A stretch of 64,000 bases of DNA from an uncultured Acidimicrobiales bacterium (GCA_938084885.1 CALKGG010000001.1:679-64678); one strand, 5' to 3'. Counted from the stretch's first letter, positions 36,173 through 45,888 are shown. Program-made: numbers and translations. Notes: a model not told the origin generated them from the sequence alone.

Positions 36173-36867
36173 CGAGTCGTTTGGTCATTGATTCGCTCTC
36201 GAGTGGATACGGAAAGGTTCGGGTCGTGCGTGATATCAGCGCCGACCTCGATGCAGGCGAGGTGCTTGCGATACTCGGACCGAATGGTGCGGGCAAGACC
36301 ACGACGCTGCTGACGATTGCGGGAATGCTCGCTCGCCATACGGGCACCGTGAGTATCGATGGTCAGGAGATGGCGTCGGGCGATGCGGTCGAGGCAAACC
36401 GCAATGGCGTGGTGCTGGTCCCCGACGATCGGGCGCTGTTCCAGCCGTTGTCGGTCGAGGAACACCTCCAACTTGCGTGTCAGAAGGCAAAGCGGAATCC
36501 GCGGGAACTCTTAGATGTGTTTCCTGCACTTGAGAAGCGTTGGGACGTTGCTGCCGGAAACCTTTCGGGCGGCGAACAGCAGATGCTGGCTGTGGCCCGG
36601 GGCCTGGCGCAAGATCCGCGAGTGCTTTTGATCGATGAGATGAGCATGGGGCTTGCGCCGATCATTGTCGAGGACTTGTTGCCGGTCGTGAGGCGCGCCG
36701 CCGCCGACCATGGTGCGGCCGTGGTGCTTGTCGAACAGCATGTGTCCTTGGCGCTGGAGGTTGCCGACAAGGCGCTTGTGATGGCGCACGGCGAGGTCGT
36801 GCTGGCCTCGACCGCCGAAGAGTTGCGCAATGACGACAGCGCGCTCGATGCGGCGTATCTCGGATGA
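36169..36867 (+). CDS. Liv-type ABC transporter ATP-binding protein (LivF-like)
   Basis: GPNGAGKTT, LSGGEQQML and LLIDEMSMGLAP motifs. ATGA overlap with the fused gene. Confidence 0.9.
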   Translation: MTSRLVIDSLSSGYGKVRVVRDISADLDAGEVLAILGPNGAGKTTTLLTIAGMLARHTGTVSIDGQEMASGDAVEANRNGVVLVPDDRALFQPLSVEEHLQLACQKAKRNPRELLDVFPALEKRWDVAAGNLSGGEQQMLAVARGLAQDPRVLLIDEMSMGLAPIIVEDLLPVVRRAAADHGAAVVLVEQHVSLALEVADKALVMAHGEVVLASTAEELRNDDSALDAAYLG

Positions 36868-36882
36868 AGTGGACCGATAAAT

Positions 36883-36896
36883 CTAGCGCTTGATCG
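36883..36896. promoter_or_regulatory. Operator-like site H (variant CTAGCGCTTGATCG, close to site B)
   Basis: Located 15 nt after the livF-like stop, upstream of the BVMO gene. Confidence 0.4.
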
Positions 36897-36958
36897 AGGT
36901 TGAGCTAGAGCAAGAAGCAATGGAGACAACAAACAATCAAGCGTTGACTTCACAAAAG

Positions 36959-36972
36959 CTAGCGAACGCTAG
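36959..36972. promoter_or_regulatory. Operator-like site I, consensus copy CTAGCGAACGCTAG
   Basis: Nearly perfect palindrome (only the central AA breaks symmetry), 10 nt downstream of a TTGACT -35-like hexamer. It lies inside the 5' extension of the track ORF, which argues that extension is not coding. Confidence 0.6.
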
Positions 36973-37033
36973 ATACACGCTCTACACTAAGAATGGGCGG
37001 AACGTTGAAGCATTCGCAGTGGACGAACAAGCA

Positions 37034-38722
37034 ATGGACGACGAAGCAGTAGGTGAGATGGCCGTGAGTGAACAAGCACTACAAGACCTGCCGAGCAACA
37101 ACAATGATCGGTCGACGCCCGATCATGAAGCGCTGGTGATCGGCGCTGGGGTTGCAGGGATCTATCAGATCAAGCGGCTCACCGACCTGGGGGTCGATGC
37201 CGTGCTCATCGAAGCCGATGAGGACCTTGGTGGGACGTGGTTTCGAAATCGCTATCCGGGGGCGCGCTTTGATTCGGAGAGTTACACCTACGGCTACTCC
37301 TTCTCGAAGGAACTGCTCAACGAATGGAGTTGGAGCGAGCGCTTCTCGGGTCAGCCCGAAAATCTCCGCTACCTGAACTTTGTTGCCGACAAGTTCGATT
37401 TGCGCCAGTACATGCGATTCAACTGCCGCGTGTCGTCGATGCGGTTTGATGATGAGGCGTGCTTCTGGCGTCTCACGCTCACTGACGGTCGCGAGCTGAG
37501 TGCCCGATTTGTCGTGTCCGGCCTCGGATTGCTCTCCATGCCAACACCGCCACGGTTTGATGGGATGGATTCGTTCGAGGGCGAGTCATGGCATACGTAC
37601 TACTGGCCCACAGAACCCGTCGACCTGTCAACCAAACGCGTCGCGGTCATCGGCACCGGCGCGACCGGCATCCAGGTCATTGCCGAGATTGCCGACAAGG
37701 TTGGACATCTCACGGTGATGCAACGTCGCCCCAACTGGAGCGCTCCGCTCAACAATGCGCCGATCAGCCCCGAAGAAATGGACGACATCCGGTCGCGATA
37801 TGACGACATCTACGCTGCGTGTGCTCGAACGCCCGGCGGCTTCGAACATGAGCCAGACCGTCGGGGGTTCTGGAATGTGTCACGTGAAGAACGTTTGGCG
37901 CTCTGGGACGATCTTTACGACCAGCCCGGATTTGGCATTTGGTTGCGGAACTTCGCCGAGATCTTTACCGACGAGGAGGCGGGCGCGGAGTTCTCCGAGT
38001 ACATCGCCGATCGGATTCGTGCGAGAGTCGATGACCCTGCAATCGCCGAGAAACTCATTCCCAAAGACCACCTGTTCGGTATGCAGCGGGTTCCCCTGGA
38101 GACCAACTATTTCGAGGTTTACAACCAGCCCAATGTCGAGCTCGTCGACCTGTCGGAGACGCCGATTGAGCGCATTACTCCGGCGGGCATCCAGACCACA
38201 GATGCCGAGCTCGAGTTCGACGTCATTGTGTACGCGACCGGTTTCGATGCAATCACCGGTGCCTACGATCGAATCGATATTCAGGGGACTGGCGGCCAGC
38301 AGCTGGGGGAGAAGTGGTCGGACGGCCCGTCGACCTACATGGGGCTCATGGTGCATGGCTTTCCAAACCTGTTCATGATTGCGGGGCCGCAAGGTGCGTC
38401 GGCATCGAGCAACTTTCCACGGAGCATCGAGCAGGCCGTGAACTGGATCTCGGACCTGCTCGAACATGTCCGTCTGGCCAACGGGTCACGGGTTGAAGCG
38501 AGCAAGGATGCCGAGGTCGAGTGGACCGCGCACGTCGCGTCGATGTATCCACGCTTCCTGATTGGTCGGGGCAAGGGCTGGATCACTGGCTACAACTCGA
38601 ACGTCGAAGGTCGAGTCGAAGGTGTTATCCGCTACGGGGTCTACAACGGCGGTGCTCCGAAGTATCACAAGCGGCTAAAGGAAATCGAGGCCCAAGGCTA
38701 CTCGGGAGTGTCGATCCAATAA
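37034..38722 (+). CDS. Baeyer-Villiger (type I flavin-dependent) monooxygenase
   Basis: BVMO fingerprint FEGESWHTYYWP (FxGxxxHxxxWP) and two Rossmann motifs (VIGAGVAGIY, VIGTGATGIQ). Start uncertain (37019/37034/37058); the track start at 36890 is rejected because operator site I and the -35-like hexamer (both upstream of every alternative start) lie inside that extension. Confidence 0.85.
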   Translation: MDDEAVGEMAVSEQALQDLPSNNNDRSTPDHEALVIGAGVAGIYQIKRLTDLGVDAVLIEADEDLGGTWFRNRYPGARFDSESYTYGYSFSKELLNEWSWSERFSGQPENLRYLNFVADKFDLRQYMRFNCRVSSMRFDDEACFWRLTLTDGRELSARFVVSGLGLLSMPTPPRFDGMDSFEGESWHTYYWPTEPVDLSTKRVAVIGTGATGIQVIAEIADKVGHLTVMQRRPNWSAPLNNAPISPEEMDDIRSRYDDIYAACARTPGGFEHEPDRRGFWNVSREERLALWDDLYDQPGFGIWLRNFAEIFTDEEAGAEFSEYIADRIRARVDDPAIAEKLIPKDHLFGMQRVPLETNYFEVYNQPNVELVDLSETPIERITPAGIQTTDAELEFDVIVYATGFDAITGAYDRIDIQGTGGQQLGEKWSDGPSTYMGLMVHGFPNLFMIAGPQGASASSNFPRSIEQAVNWISDLLEHVRLANGSRVEASKDAEVEWTAHVASMYPRFLIGRGKGWITGYNSNVEGRVEGVIRYGVYNGGAPKYHKRLKEIEAQGYSGVSIQ

Positions 38723-38749
38723 GTGGTCGGCCGCACGGCATAAATCTAC

Positions 38750-38768
38750 TTCGAAATCGAATAATTCG
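38750..38768. promoter_or_regulatory. AT-rich operator/promoter-like element TTCGAAATCGAATAATTCG
   Basis: Shares TTCGAAAT with the 21.9-kb repeats and contains the perfect palindrome CGAATAATTCG. TTGACATATAAT follows at 38772-38783. Confidence 0.4.
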
Positions 38769-38828
38769 GCATTGACATATAATCTCGAATGCGCGCATAC
38801 TTGGGACAGCGATACAAGGGGGAAGAAC

Positions 38829-40001
38829 ATGGCCGTCATCGATACTCCAACAGTGCTCAGCCGGCCGGTGGCTGCATCTGAGCCAAAGAAGATCGTTCCG
38901 ATCAAATGGTGGGCTGGCTTCGGTGTCATCGCAATCGCTATCCAGGCGTACGCCTTCTTCGACTGGATTTTTCTGAGTGGCAACTTCAATGCCACCGACC
39001 CCGGCCCCGACCCAATTCCAACCAATATTTCCGTAGGGATCTGGGCATTTCAGGCAATCGGCCTCACATGTGGCATCGTCGGGCTCTACTACTTCTTTAT
39101 CCGGCCATGGCGCAAGAAGATCCCGCTCGGTCTCGATAGTTACATGGTTGCGGGTCTGTACCTCGTGTTCTGGCAGGACCCGATCCTCAACTACTTCCAG
39201 AACTGGGCGACCTACAACGCTGGCGTCTACGACTTCGGCAGCTGGGCGTCGAGCATTCCGGGATGGTTGGCACCCAACTCGCACAACATGTCCGCTCCGC
39301 TCTTCTTCCTGCTTCCGGTCTACGGAATTATCGCGTTCACGTTCTCAAGCCTCGTTGCCCTCACGATGAAGCGTGCCCGTGCTCGATACCCGGAGATGGG
39401 CAATTTGGGCATCGTGTCGATTGGATTCGCGGTCTGTTCGGTCATTGTGTTTATCGTCGAGACGATCTTCCTTCGTTTCGGTCTCTACGCCTATCCAGGA
39501 GCGATTCGTTCGCTTTCACTGTGGAGCGGCAAGTACTACCAGTACCCGTTGTATGAGTGGATGACCTTCACGGCTGCATGGACGGCCTGGGGAAGCATGA
39601 TCTATTTCCGAAATGACAAAGGCGAGTCGATGGCCGAACGCGGTCTCGAAGAGCTTCGAACCAAAACCGACAAGAAACTCAACTGGCTTCGATTCCTCGC
39701 CGTGACCGGCATGATCAACGTTGCATTCTTCATGGTCTACAACCTGCCTCTCCAGCCGTTTGCCTTGCACGCCGACCCATGGCCAGACGAGATTCTCGAG
39801 TCCCGTTCGTACATGCTGAACGAGATGTGTGGTCCAGGCACCGACTTTGCGTGCTCGGGGCCCAACATTCCTGTTCCTCGCGAAGGCGGTTGGTACGTGG
39901 ATCTCGAAGGCAACCTCGTGAAGCCCGAGACAGCACTCGTCGAAGGCGCCGATGAAGCAGCGACAGGAGTGCTCGTCGAAGACGACGAAGCAAGCGAGTA
40001 G
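38829..40001 (+). CDS. Polytopic membrane protein, possibly AveC (spirocyclase)-family-like
   Basis: AAGGGGGAAG precedes the ATG at 38829. At least 6 hydrophobic segments, aromatic-rich (WFxDP-type) loops and an acidic C-terminal tail. The family assignment is from memory of the family's overall look and is tentative. Confidence 0.55.
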   Translation: MAVIDTPTVLSRPVAASEPKKIVPIKWWAGFGVIAIAIQAYAFFDWIFLSGNFNATDPGPDPIPTNISVGIWAFQAIGLTCGIVGLYYFFIRPWRKKIPLGLDSYMVAGLYLVFWQDPILNYFQNWATYNAGVYDFGSWASSIPGWLAPNSHNMSAPLFFLLPVYGIIAFTFSSLVALTMKRARARYPEMGNLGIVSIGFAVCSVIVFIVETIFLRFGLYAYPGAIRSLSLWSGKYYQYPLYEWMTFTAAWTAWGSMIYFRNDKGESMAERGLEELRTKTDKKLNWLRFLAVTGMINVAFFMVYNLPLQPFALHADPWPDEILESRSYMLNEMCGPGTDFACSGPNIPVPREGGWYVDLEGNLVKPETALVEGADEAATGVLVEDDEASE

Positions 40002-40043
40002 CGGGCAACGACTGTCGCCGCTGCGGCAACGGCGAGCGAAGAA

Positions 40044-41615
40044 TCAGCGACTATGTTCGTTGCGTAGCTTGCGTTTCAGTACCTTGCCCGTCGCAGAAAG
40101 TGGAAGGGGTTCGGTCGAGATTGTCCAGCTCCGCGGGACCTTGTAGCCCGCAATGCGGCGTCGAACATGGCGATCGAGCAACTCCTCGGTGACGAGTGCT
40201 GGATCGGCGGTGACCACGGCGTGCACACGTTCGCCCCACACCGGATCTTCGAGCCCGACAACCGCGGCAGCATCGACCTCCGGTAGCGATGTTATTGCCG
40301 ACTCGACCTCGAGTGAGTAGACGTTTTCGCCTCCGCTGACGATCATGTCCTTGACCCGATCGGCAAGGTAGAGGTACCCCTCGTCATCGAGGTACCCGGC
40401 GTCGCCGGTGCGGTACCATCCGTCGATCAGCGCAGCGGCGGTTGTTTCTGGCTGGTTCCAGTACTCGGTCATAAGCGAATCGCACGAGAGCCAGATCTCG
40501 CCAACGTCTCCTCGGGGCGTTCGCTCGCCAGTGGCAGGAGAGCGAAGCTCGAGGTCGATACCGGTGGCGGGGCGGCCGACCGAACCGAGTTTCGTTCCGC
40601 CCTCACGGTGATCGGCTCGGGTCAGCGCTGTCGCCACTCCGCACGCCTCGGTCATGCCGTATGCCTGGTGGAGCCCTACATGGGGGGCAACAGCGGAGAG
40701 TTTTTCAAGTACTGGTGGTGGCATTGGTGCACCGCCGTAGACGATCAGCTGCAATGTGGAGAAGGTGTCGGGGTTGAACTGTGGGTCGTCGAGGAGCATG
40801 GTGAGCATTGTTGGGACGGCCCCGATCGCGGTGATTTGTTCGCTCGCGATCGTTGCGTTCACCGCTGCCGGTTCGAAGCTGGGCATGATCACCGTCTTGC
40901 CGCCTTGTGGCAGGTAGAACGACCACGATGACGATGCGCCGATGTGGAACATTGGCATGAACGACAGGTAGCTCTGCGTCGAGCCGAGGTCGACTGTTGG
41001 TTGCATGCGTAGTGCCGTCAGGGTTATTGCCCGTTGGCACAGTACGACACCTTTTCCACGGCCGGTGGTGCCGCCGGTGTAGAGAAGTACAGCTGGATCG
41101 GTCGGGTTTGGTTCGGGTGGAAGCTCGCACGACTGCTGCTCGTCGATGAGGGTGGACAGGCAGTGGTCGTGGGGGACGGTCGCGTCCGAGCCGTCAGTGT
41201 CGTCGAGAAGAACGGTATGGAGTTCGGGAAGTTGTGGACGCAGCTCGTCGATGAGACGAGCATGGGTGTCGTCGACGACGATCGCGTTCGATCCGGCATC
41301 GCGCAAGATGTCGATGATCTCGGCGGGTGCGAGCCGAGTGTTGATGGGGTTGATCATCGCGGCTCCAGCCAGCGATGCTCGCCACAGCTCGACATACACG
41401 TGGCTCGCGCCGGTAAGTACCGCAACGTTCCCTACGGGTTGGTTGTTTGCGGGACGAAGGTCGAGGTTGGTGAGAACAGCAGCCAGGCGAGCAACCCGGT
41501 CGAGGTGTTCGCTATAGCTAAATCGCCGTTGGCGATCGAGGTCGACAATGGCTTCGTCGGCGCCGTACATGGTGGCCCGGCGCAGGAGTCGACCAAAGTT
41601 CAACTCGCTGCTCAT
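40044..41615 (-). CDS. AMP-dependent acyl-CoA synthetase/ligase
   Basis: YTGGTTGRGKG motif and C-terminal TGKVLKRKLR. Confidence 0.9.
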   Translation of the reverse strand: MSSELNFGRLLRRATMYGADEAIVDLDRQRRFSYSEHLDRVARLAAVLTNLDLRPANNQPVGNVAVLTGASHVYVELWRASLAGAAMINPINTRLAPAEIIDILRDAGSNAIVVDDTHARLIDELRPQLPELHTVLLDDTDGSDATVPHDHCLSTLIDEQQSCELPPEPNPTDPAVLLYTGGTTGRGKGVVLCQRAITLTALRMQPTVDLGSTQSYLSFMPMFHIGASSSWSFYLPQGGKTVIMPSFEPAAVNATIASEQITAIGAVPTMLTMLLDDPQFNPDTFSTLQLIVYGGAPMPPPVLEKLSAVAPHVGLHQAYGMTEACGVATALTRADHREGGTKLGSVGRPATGIDLELRSPATGERTPRGDVGEIWLSCDSLMTEYWNQPETTAAALIDGWYRTGDAGYLDDEGYLYLADRVKDMIVSGGENVYSLEVESAITSLPEVDAAAVVGLEDPVWGERVHAVVTADPALVTEELLDRHVRRRIAGYKVPRSWTISTEPLPLSATGKVLKRKLRNEHSR

Positions 41616-42415
41616 CGAGGAAGTTGGCCATCGTCAACCTTGATGACCGTGCCGGTTACCGCGTCAGATGCCGGAGAACACAAAAACAGAAGCGTCGAGT
41701 CGAGCTGTGCGGGGTCGCACATGCGTTTGCGGGGCAGCTTGTGGCTAAAGTCGCCGACTCGGTCAACCATGCCGTCCATCATCTCGCTGTGGAAGGCCCC
41801 AGGTGAGATGGCGTTCACGTTGATGTGCTGCCGGGCCCACTCGACAGCGAGTACCTCGGTCATGCGGACGACGGCGCTCTTGGTGACCGAGTACAGGGCG
41901 GCGCCTCCACCGGCGTAGTGGTGCCCAGTCATGCTTGCAATGTTGACGATGCGACCAGGCGTTTCGGCGTCTATCAGTCGTCGAGCGACTTCGCACGAAA
42001 GCAGGAATGGGCCTCGGAGGTTTGTGGAGAGTACTCGGTCGATCAGGTCGGTCGGGAGTTTCTCGGCCCGTTGCGCGTCGGGGATTCCTGCGTTGTTGAC
42101 GAGAATCGTCACCGGCCCGGCGGCAGCTTCGGCGGCGTCGACGGCATCGATGATCGACTGTTCATTGGTCATATCGAGCTTCACGCCGTGCGCTGTGGCC
42201 CCGTCGGCTGTGATCTGGTCGACGACTTCGCTGAGAAGGTTCTCTCGACGTCCGGTCACAATCACGGTCGCCCCCGCAGCTGCAAGCGTTCGGGCGAAAC
42301 GTCTGCCAAGGCCAGCGGTCGATCCGGTTACGAGCGCGACGTGGCCGTGCAGGTCGTTGGAGGAATGGGGGAGTGGATAGGTCTGCGGTGCAGCCTTGTC
42401 GTCGTGTGTGGCCAT
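41612..42415 (-). CDS. SDR-family oxidoreductase
   Basis: VTGSTAGLGRR, NNAGI and YSVTKSA motifs. ATGA overlap with the downstream synthetase. Confidence 0.9.
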   Translation of the reverse strand: MATHDDKAAPQTYPLPHSSNDLHGHVALVTGSTAGLGRRFARTLAAAGATVIVTGRRENLLSEVVDQITADGATAHGVKLDMTNEQSIIDAVDAAEAAAGPVTILVNNAGIPDAQRAEKLPTDLIDRVLSTNLRGPFLLSCEVARRLIDAETPGRIVNIASMTGHHYAGGGAALYSVTKSAVVRMTEVLAVEWARQHINVNAISPGAFHSEMMDGMVDRVGDFSHKLPRKRMCDPAQLDSTLLFLCSPASDAVTGTVIKVDDGQLPR

Positions 42416-42563
42416 GGTTTGGGTCCCTCGCTGTGCGGTTTAGGTCCTTTCGCGTGGCCGAAATTGCCATCTACCAAGGAAGGACTTGTCGGATGCAGAC
42501 TTTTCGTCGAAGATATGACAGTCTAGAACAATACTAATTCGAAAGGTTCTTGGAGGACAAAGT

Positions 42564-43613
42564 ATGAAACCGATGAAGGGTTGGCCCTACAAGAATTTCC
42601 CAACGAGTTGGTTTGTCGTCGGCTTTTCTTGGGATCTCCAGCCTGGCGACGTGCAGGATCTCGAGTTCTGCGGCGAGGAACTGGTCATGTATCGCACCGA
42701 AGAAGGCGAAGTGCGCGTCATCGATGCGCACTGCCCGCACCTCGGAGCCCACTTTGCGCACGGTGGTTGTGTCAAAGGCGAAACGCTTCAATGCCCATGG
42801 CATGGCTGGCGCTGGGACGGCGAAGGAAAGAACGTGGAAATCCCGTTCAAAGACTCGCCGAACATCACCGCACGTCTGCGCACCTGGCACGTGCGAGAGA
42901 AAGACCACGTGATCTTGGTGTGGCACGACGCTGAGGGCCGCGAGCCCCAGTGGGAATACCCTGGCGTCCCCGAATTCTCTGACCCCGACAACTTCCACCA
43001 GCCAACCGATCACCCCGACGCTGCCATTTGTTACGGCGAACTTCGAGTCAACCCGCAGCTTCCAATCGAAAATGTCGCCGACCCAATGCACTTTGCGTTC
43101 GTTCACGGTGCCGATCGGCCCGCCGAGTCAGGCGAACTCGAGTTGAAAGACGAGTATTTGCGGTCGGTCTTTCGCCTGCACCTCGGTGGCGGACACGAGT
43201 CCACATGGCTCACACCCGAGGGTGAAATGTGGGGCACCGTCGAAGGCGAGCACTGGGGCCTTGGCCTTGGAGTTGCCCGCCTGGAAGTCGCCGGGATGAC
43301 CGTGGCCCAAATGGTGTCGACCACCCCAATCGATCACGTTCGTTCGATTGCGCGCACCTGGATAGCGATCCGCAAGGACGGCGACGGCGACGGCGTAAGC
43401 GACGGCGCGGCGATGTTGATGCGCGAGCAGGTCAAGCAGGTGCGTCGAGACTTCGCAATCTGGGAGAACCAAAAGTACGTCGACAAGCCGCTGTTCGTCT
43501 TTCCCGAGGAACGGAACTTCTATGAGCTTCGACGCTGGTTCCGCAGCTTCTACCCCGACGGCGATGGACCTGTTGACGAGCAGCCAGTCGCCGTCAGTTC
43601 GAGCAGTAGCTAA
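42564..43613 (+). CDS. Rieske non-heme-iron oxygenase, KshA-like (3-ketosteroid-9-alpha-monooxygenase oxygenase-type architecture)
   Basis: CPHLGAHF...CPWHGWRW Rieske motif. ENVADPMHFAFVHG matches the NxxDxxHxxxxH iron motif. 349 aa with no beta subunit. GGAGG RBS. Confidence 0.85.
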   Translation: MKPMKGWPYKNFPTSWFVVGFSWDLQPGDVQDLEFCGEELVMYRTEEGEVRVIDAHCPHLGAHFAHGGCVKGETLQCPWHGWRWDGEGKNVEIPFKDSPNITARLRTWHVREKDHVILVWHDAEGREPQWEYPGVPEFSDPDNFHQPTDHPDAAICYGELRVNPQLPIENVADPMHFAFVHGADRPAESGELELKDEYLRSVFRLHLGGGHESTWLTPEGEMWGTVEGEHWGLGLGVARLEVAGMTVAQMVSTTPIDHVRSIARTWIAIRKDGDGDGVSDGAAMLMREQVKQVRRDFAIWENQKYVDKPLFVFPEERNFYELRRWFRSFYPDGDGPVDEQPVAVSSSSS

Positions 43614-43657
43614 TCAACACAATCGCGCAAGGTGCGAGTGAAAAAAGGAGAGATTGA

Positions 43658-45253
43658 GTGAGTGAGCTTCCACCAAATGTGTCCGAGGCGCTGAAACGAA
43701 GAGTCGACGTCGATGGCGACGCCCCTTTTGTTCGGCTGGGCGGCGATTGGGTCTCCACTCGAGAACTCGACGCCAAGGCAAACGATGTCGCGGGCGCACT
43801 CGCTGGACTTGGCGTGTCGAAAGGCGACCGGGTTGCCCTGTTGTTGCCAAATCGCTTCGAGATCATCGAAGCGGTCTTTGGCTGTGCACGTGCAGGCATC
43901 GTCGAGGTGCCGCTCAACGCATGGTTGAAGGGCGAGTTCTTGCGCTACCAGCTGGCCAACAGTCGAGCATCGGTGTTGATCACCGACGCCGCCGGCCTCG
44001 CCTCGGCTGCACCGCTCCTCGGTGAAACCGAAGTGCAGCACGTGATCTGTGTCGATGACGTCGAGGCGCCAGACGGACTCGTCATCCTCGACTACCACGA
44101 GCTCGTAGCCGAAAAGAAGCCGGCACCAGAGGTCACCATCGAAACCTCCGACCTGATGACGATCATCTACACGTCAGGTACGACTGGTCTTCCCAAGGGA
44201 TGCATGCTTTCCCACGGCTACTACCTGGCGGGACCATCCGGCCAGATCGAGCGCGGCTGGGTCACCCCCGGAGATCGGATCTTCACGTCGTGGCCACTGT
44301 TCCATACGAGCGGTCAGGTCATTGCGCTCATGGTGGCGTTGCTCACCCCAGGTGGCTCGGTCGTGTTCACCGAAGAGTTCTCTGCGTCCCAATACATCGA
44401 CCAGGCACGCGACGCTGAGGCGACCGTGCTCGCGGGCGTTGGGTTCATGGGTAATGCCATCCTTGCCCAGCCGCCAAAGGACAACGACACGGACAACAAG
44501 TTCCGACTCGCCATTTGGATTCCGATGCGACCATCTGACCAAGAAGAGTTCGAGCGTCGCTTTGACACCTCCGTCGTGGCCGAATCGTACGGTCAGACCG
44601 AGGCGTTTCCGGTCACGATGGCGAACCTTGACTCGGACCGTCAGCGGGCCACGATCGGCACGCCATCGCCGAGCTTCGAGGTTCGGATCGTCGACGATCA
44701 CGATATCGATGTCGAACCGGGTCAACCCGGTGAGATCATTGTTCGGCCAAAGCGTCCTTTCGTGATGTTCTCGGGATATTGGGACAACGCCGAAGCAACA
44801 GTGGCCGCGTCACGCAACTTGTGGCATCACACTGGAGATATGGCAAAGCAGAACGATGCTGGTCAGTTGCTATTCGTCGACCGTAAGAAGGACGCACTTC
44901 GTCGTCGAGGTGAGAACATCTCGTCGATGGAGCTCGAGGCCGCAATCATGGCGCTCGATGGTGTGGCGGCGGTCGCGGTCTGTGCGGTTCCCGCCGACAT
45001 GGGCGAAGACGACGTCAAGGCTGTGTTGGTTCAAGAGGAAGGCGCCCAGCTTGAACCCGAGGCTGTCTTTGCGTTCTTTGAGGACAACCTGCCGTATTTC
45101 GCCGTACCACGGTACGTGCATCTTCGTGACGAGCTTCCCGCGAACGCTTTGGGTCGCATCATGAAGCACATGCTTCGCGACGAGGGAGTCACCGACGAAA
45201 TGTGGGACTTTACCGCCATGGGTCTTGCGGTATCGGGAGAGAAGCGTCGTTAG
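43658..45253 (+). CDS. AMP-dependent acyl-CoA synthetase/ligase
   Basis: YTSGTTGLPKG motif. AAAGGAGAG RBS before the GTG at 43658. Confidence 0.9.
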   Translation: MSELPPNVSEALKRRVDVDGDAPFVRLGGDWVSTRELDAKANDVAGALAGLGVSKGDRVALLLPNRFEIIEAVFGCARAGIVEVPLNAWLKGEFLRYQLANSRASVLITDAAGLASAAPLLGETEVQHVICVDDVEAPDGLVILDYHELVAEKKPAPEVTIETSDLMTIIYTSGTTGLPKGCMLSHGYYLAGPSGQIERGWVTPGDRIFTSWPLFHTSGQVIALMVALLTPGGSVVFTEEFSASQYIDQARDAEATVLAGVGFMGNAILAQPPKDNDTDNKFRLAIWIPMRPSDQEEFERRFDTSVVAESYGQTEAFPVTMANLDSDRQRATIGTPSPSFEVRIVDDHDIDVEPGQPGEIIVRPKRPFVMFSGYWDNAEATVAASRNLWHHTGDMAKQNDAGQLLFVDRKKDALRRRGENISSMELEAAIMALDGVAAVAVCAVPADMGEDDVKAVLVQEEGAQLEPEAVFAFFEDNLPYFAVPRYVHLRDELPANALGRIMKHMLRDEGVTDEMWDFTAMGLAVSGEKRR

Positions 45254-45351
45254 GAAACATGGTTTGTTGGGGTGGTGTGAGGCGGGTTCACGCCACTCCA
45301 ACAGTCAGCCTCGCGCGATAGGCGTTGGGCGTTAGCCGAGAGGACCGGCCA

Positions 45352-45846
45352 ATGTCGGAGACTGAAAGTCATGATCTCGACCGTCTCGCGCGTGTTGCGT
45401 CGCACTTCGAGGGAGCCGACGAGCTGCCCTGGATGCTCGCTGCCGGCGCGATCAGTCAGGTGTACAAACACATGTCGGCTACGGCGCTCGCGGTGCTGAG
45501 CGACTTTGATCTCACGATGCCTCGGTTTGAGGTGCTGGCGCTGCTGGATCAGAACGGCGGCAACATGTCGATCAGCGAACTCAAGCGGGCCACGCTGATT
45601 CACCCGCCGATGATGACCTACACCATGGACTGGCTCGGCAAGCGTGGGTTTGCTGAACGCGTGCACGATCGGGTCGACCGTCGGTCGATCATTTTGCACA
45701 TCACCGACCATGGTCGAGAGACAGTCGCTGAGGTTCATCAAGCCCTCACAGACGTGCACTATGGCTTGTCGTGGGCAGACCGCGAAGAGGCGCAATCGGC
45801 AACTGACGCCATGATTGCGCTATTGGCCGAACGTCCATCAACATAG
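45352..45846 (+). CDS. MarR-family transcriptional regulator
   Basis: FDLTMPRFEVLALL...ISELKRATLIHPPMMTYTMDWLGKRGFAERVHDRVDRRSIILHIT, a winged-helix MarR core. Paralogue of the 51253-51768 product. Confidence 0.8.
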   Translation: MSETESHDLDRLARVASHFEGADELPWMLAAGAISQVYKHMSATALAVLSDFDLTMPRFEVLALLDQNGGNMSISELKRATLIHPPMMTYTMDWLGKRGFAERVHDRVDRRSIILHITDHGRETVAEVHQALTDVHYGLSWADREEAQSATDAMIALLAERPST

Positions 45847-45888
45847 GTTCAGAGTCGCTCGAGCGATCGCCGGTCGACGCAGCGACAG

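Noticed and set aside
36890-37033. N-terminal extension of the BVMO ORF
   Set aside because: It contains operator-like site I and a -35-like hexamer (both upstream of every alternative start), and its sequence is low-complexity. The conserved Rossmann motif begins far downstream, so a later start is more plausible.
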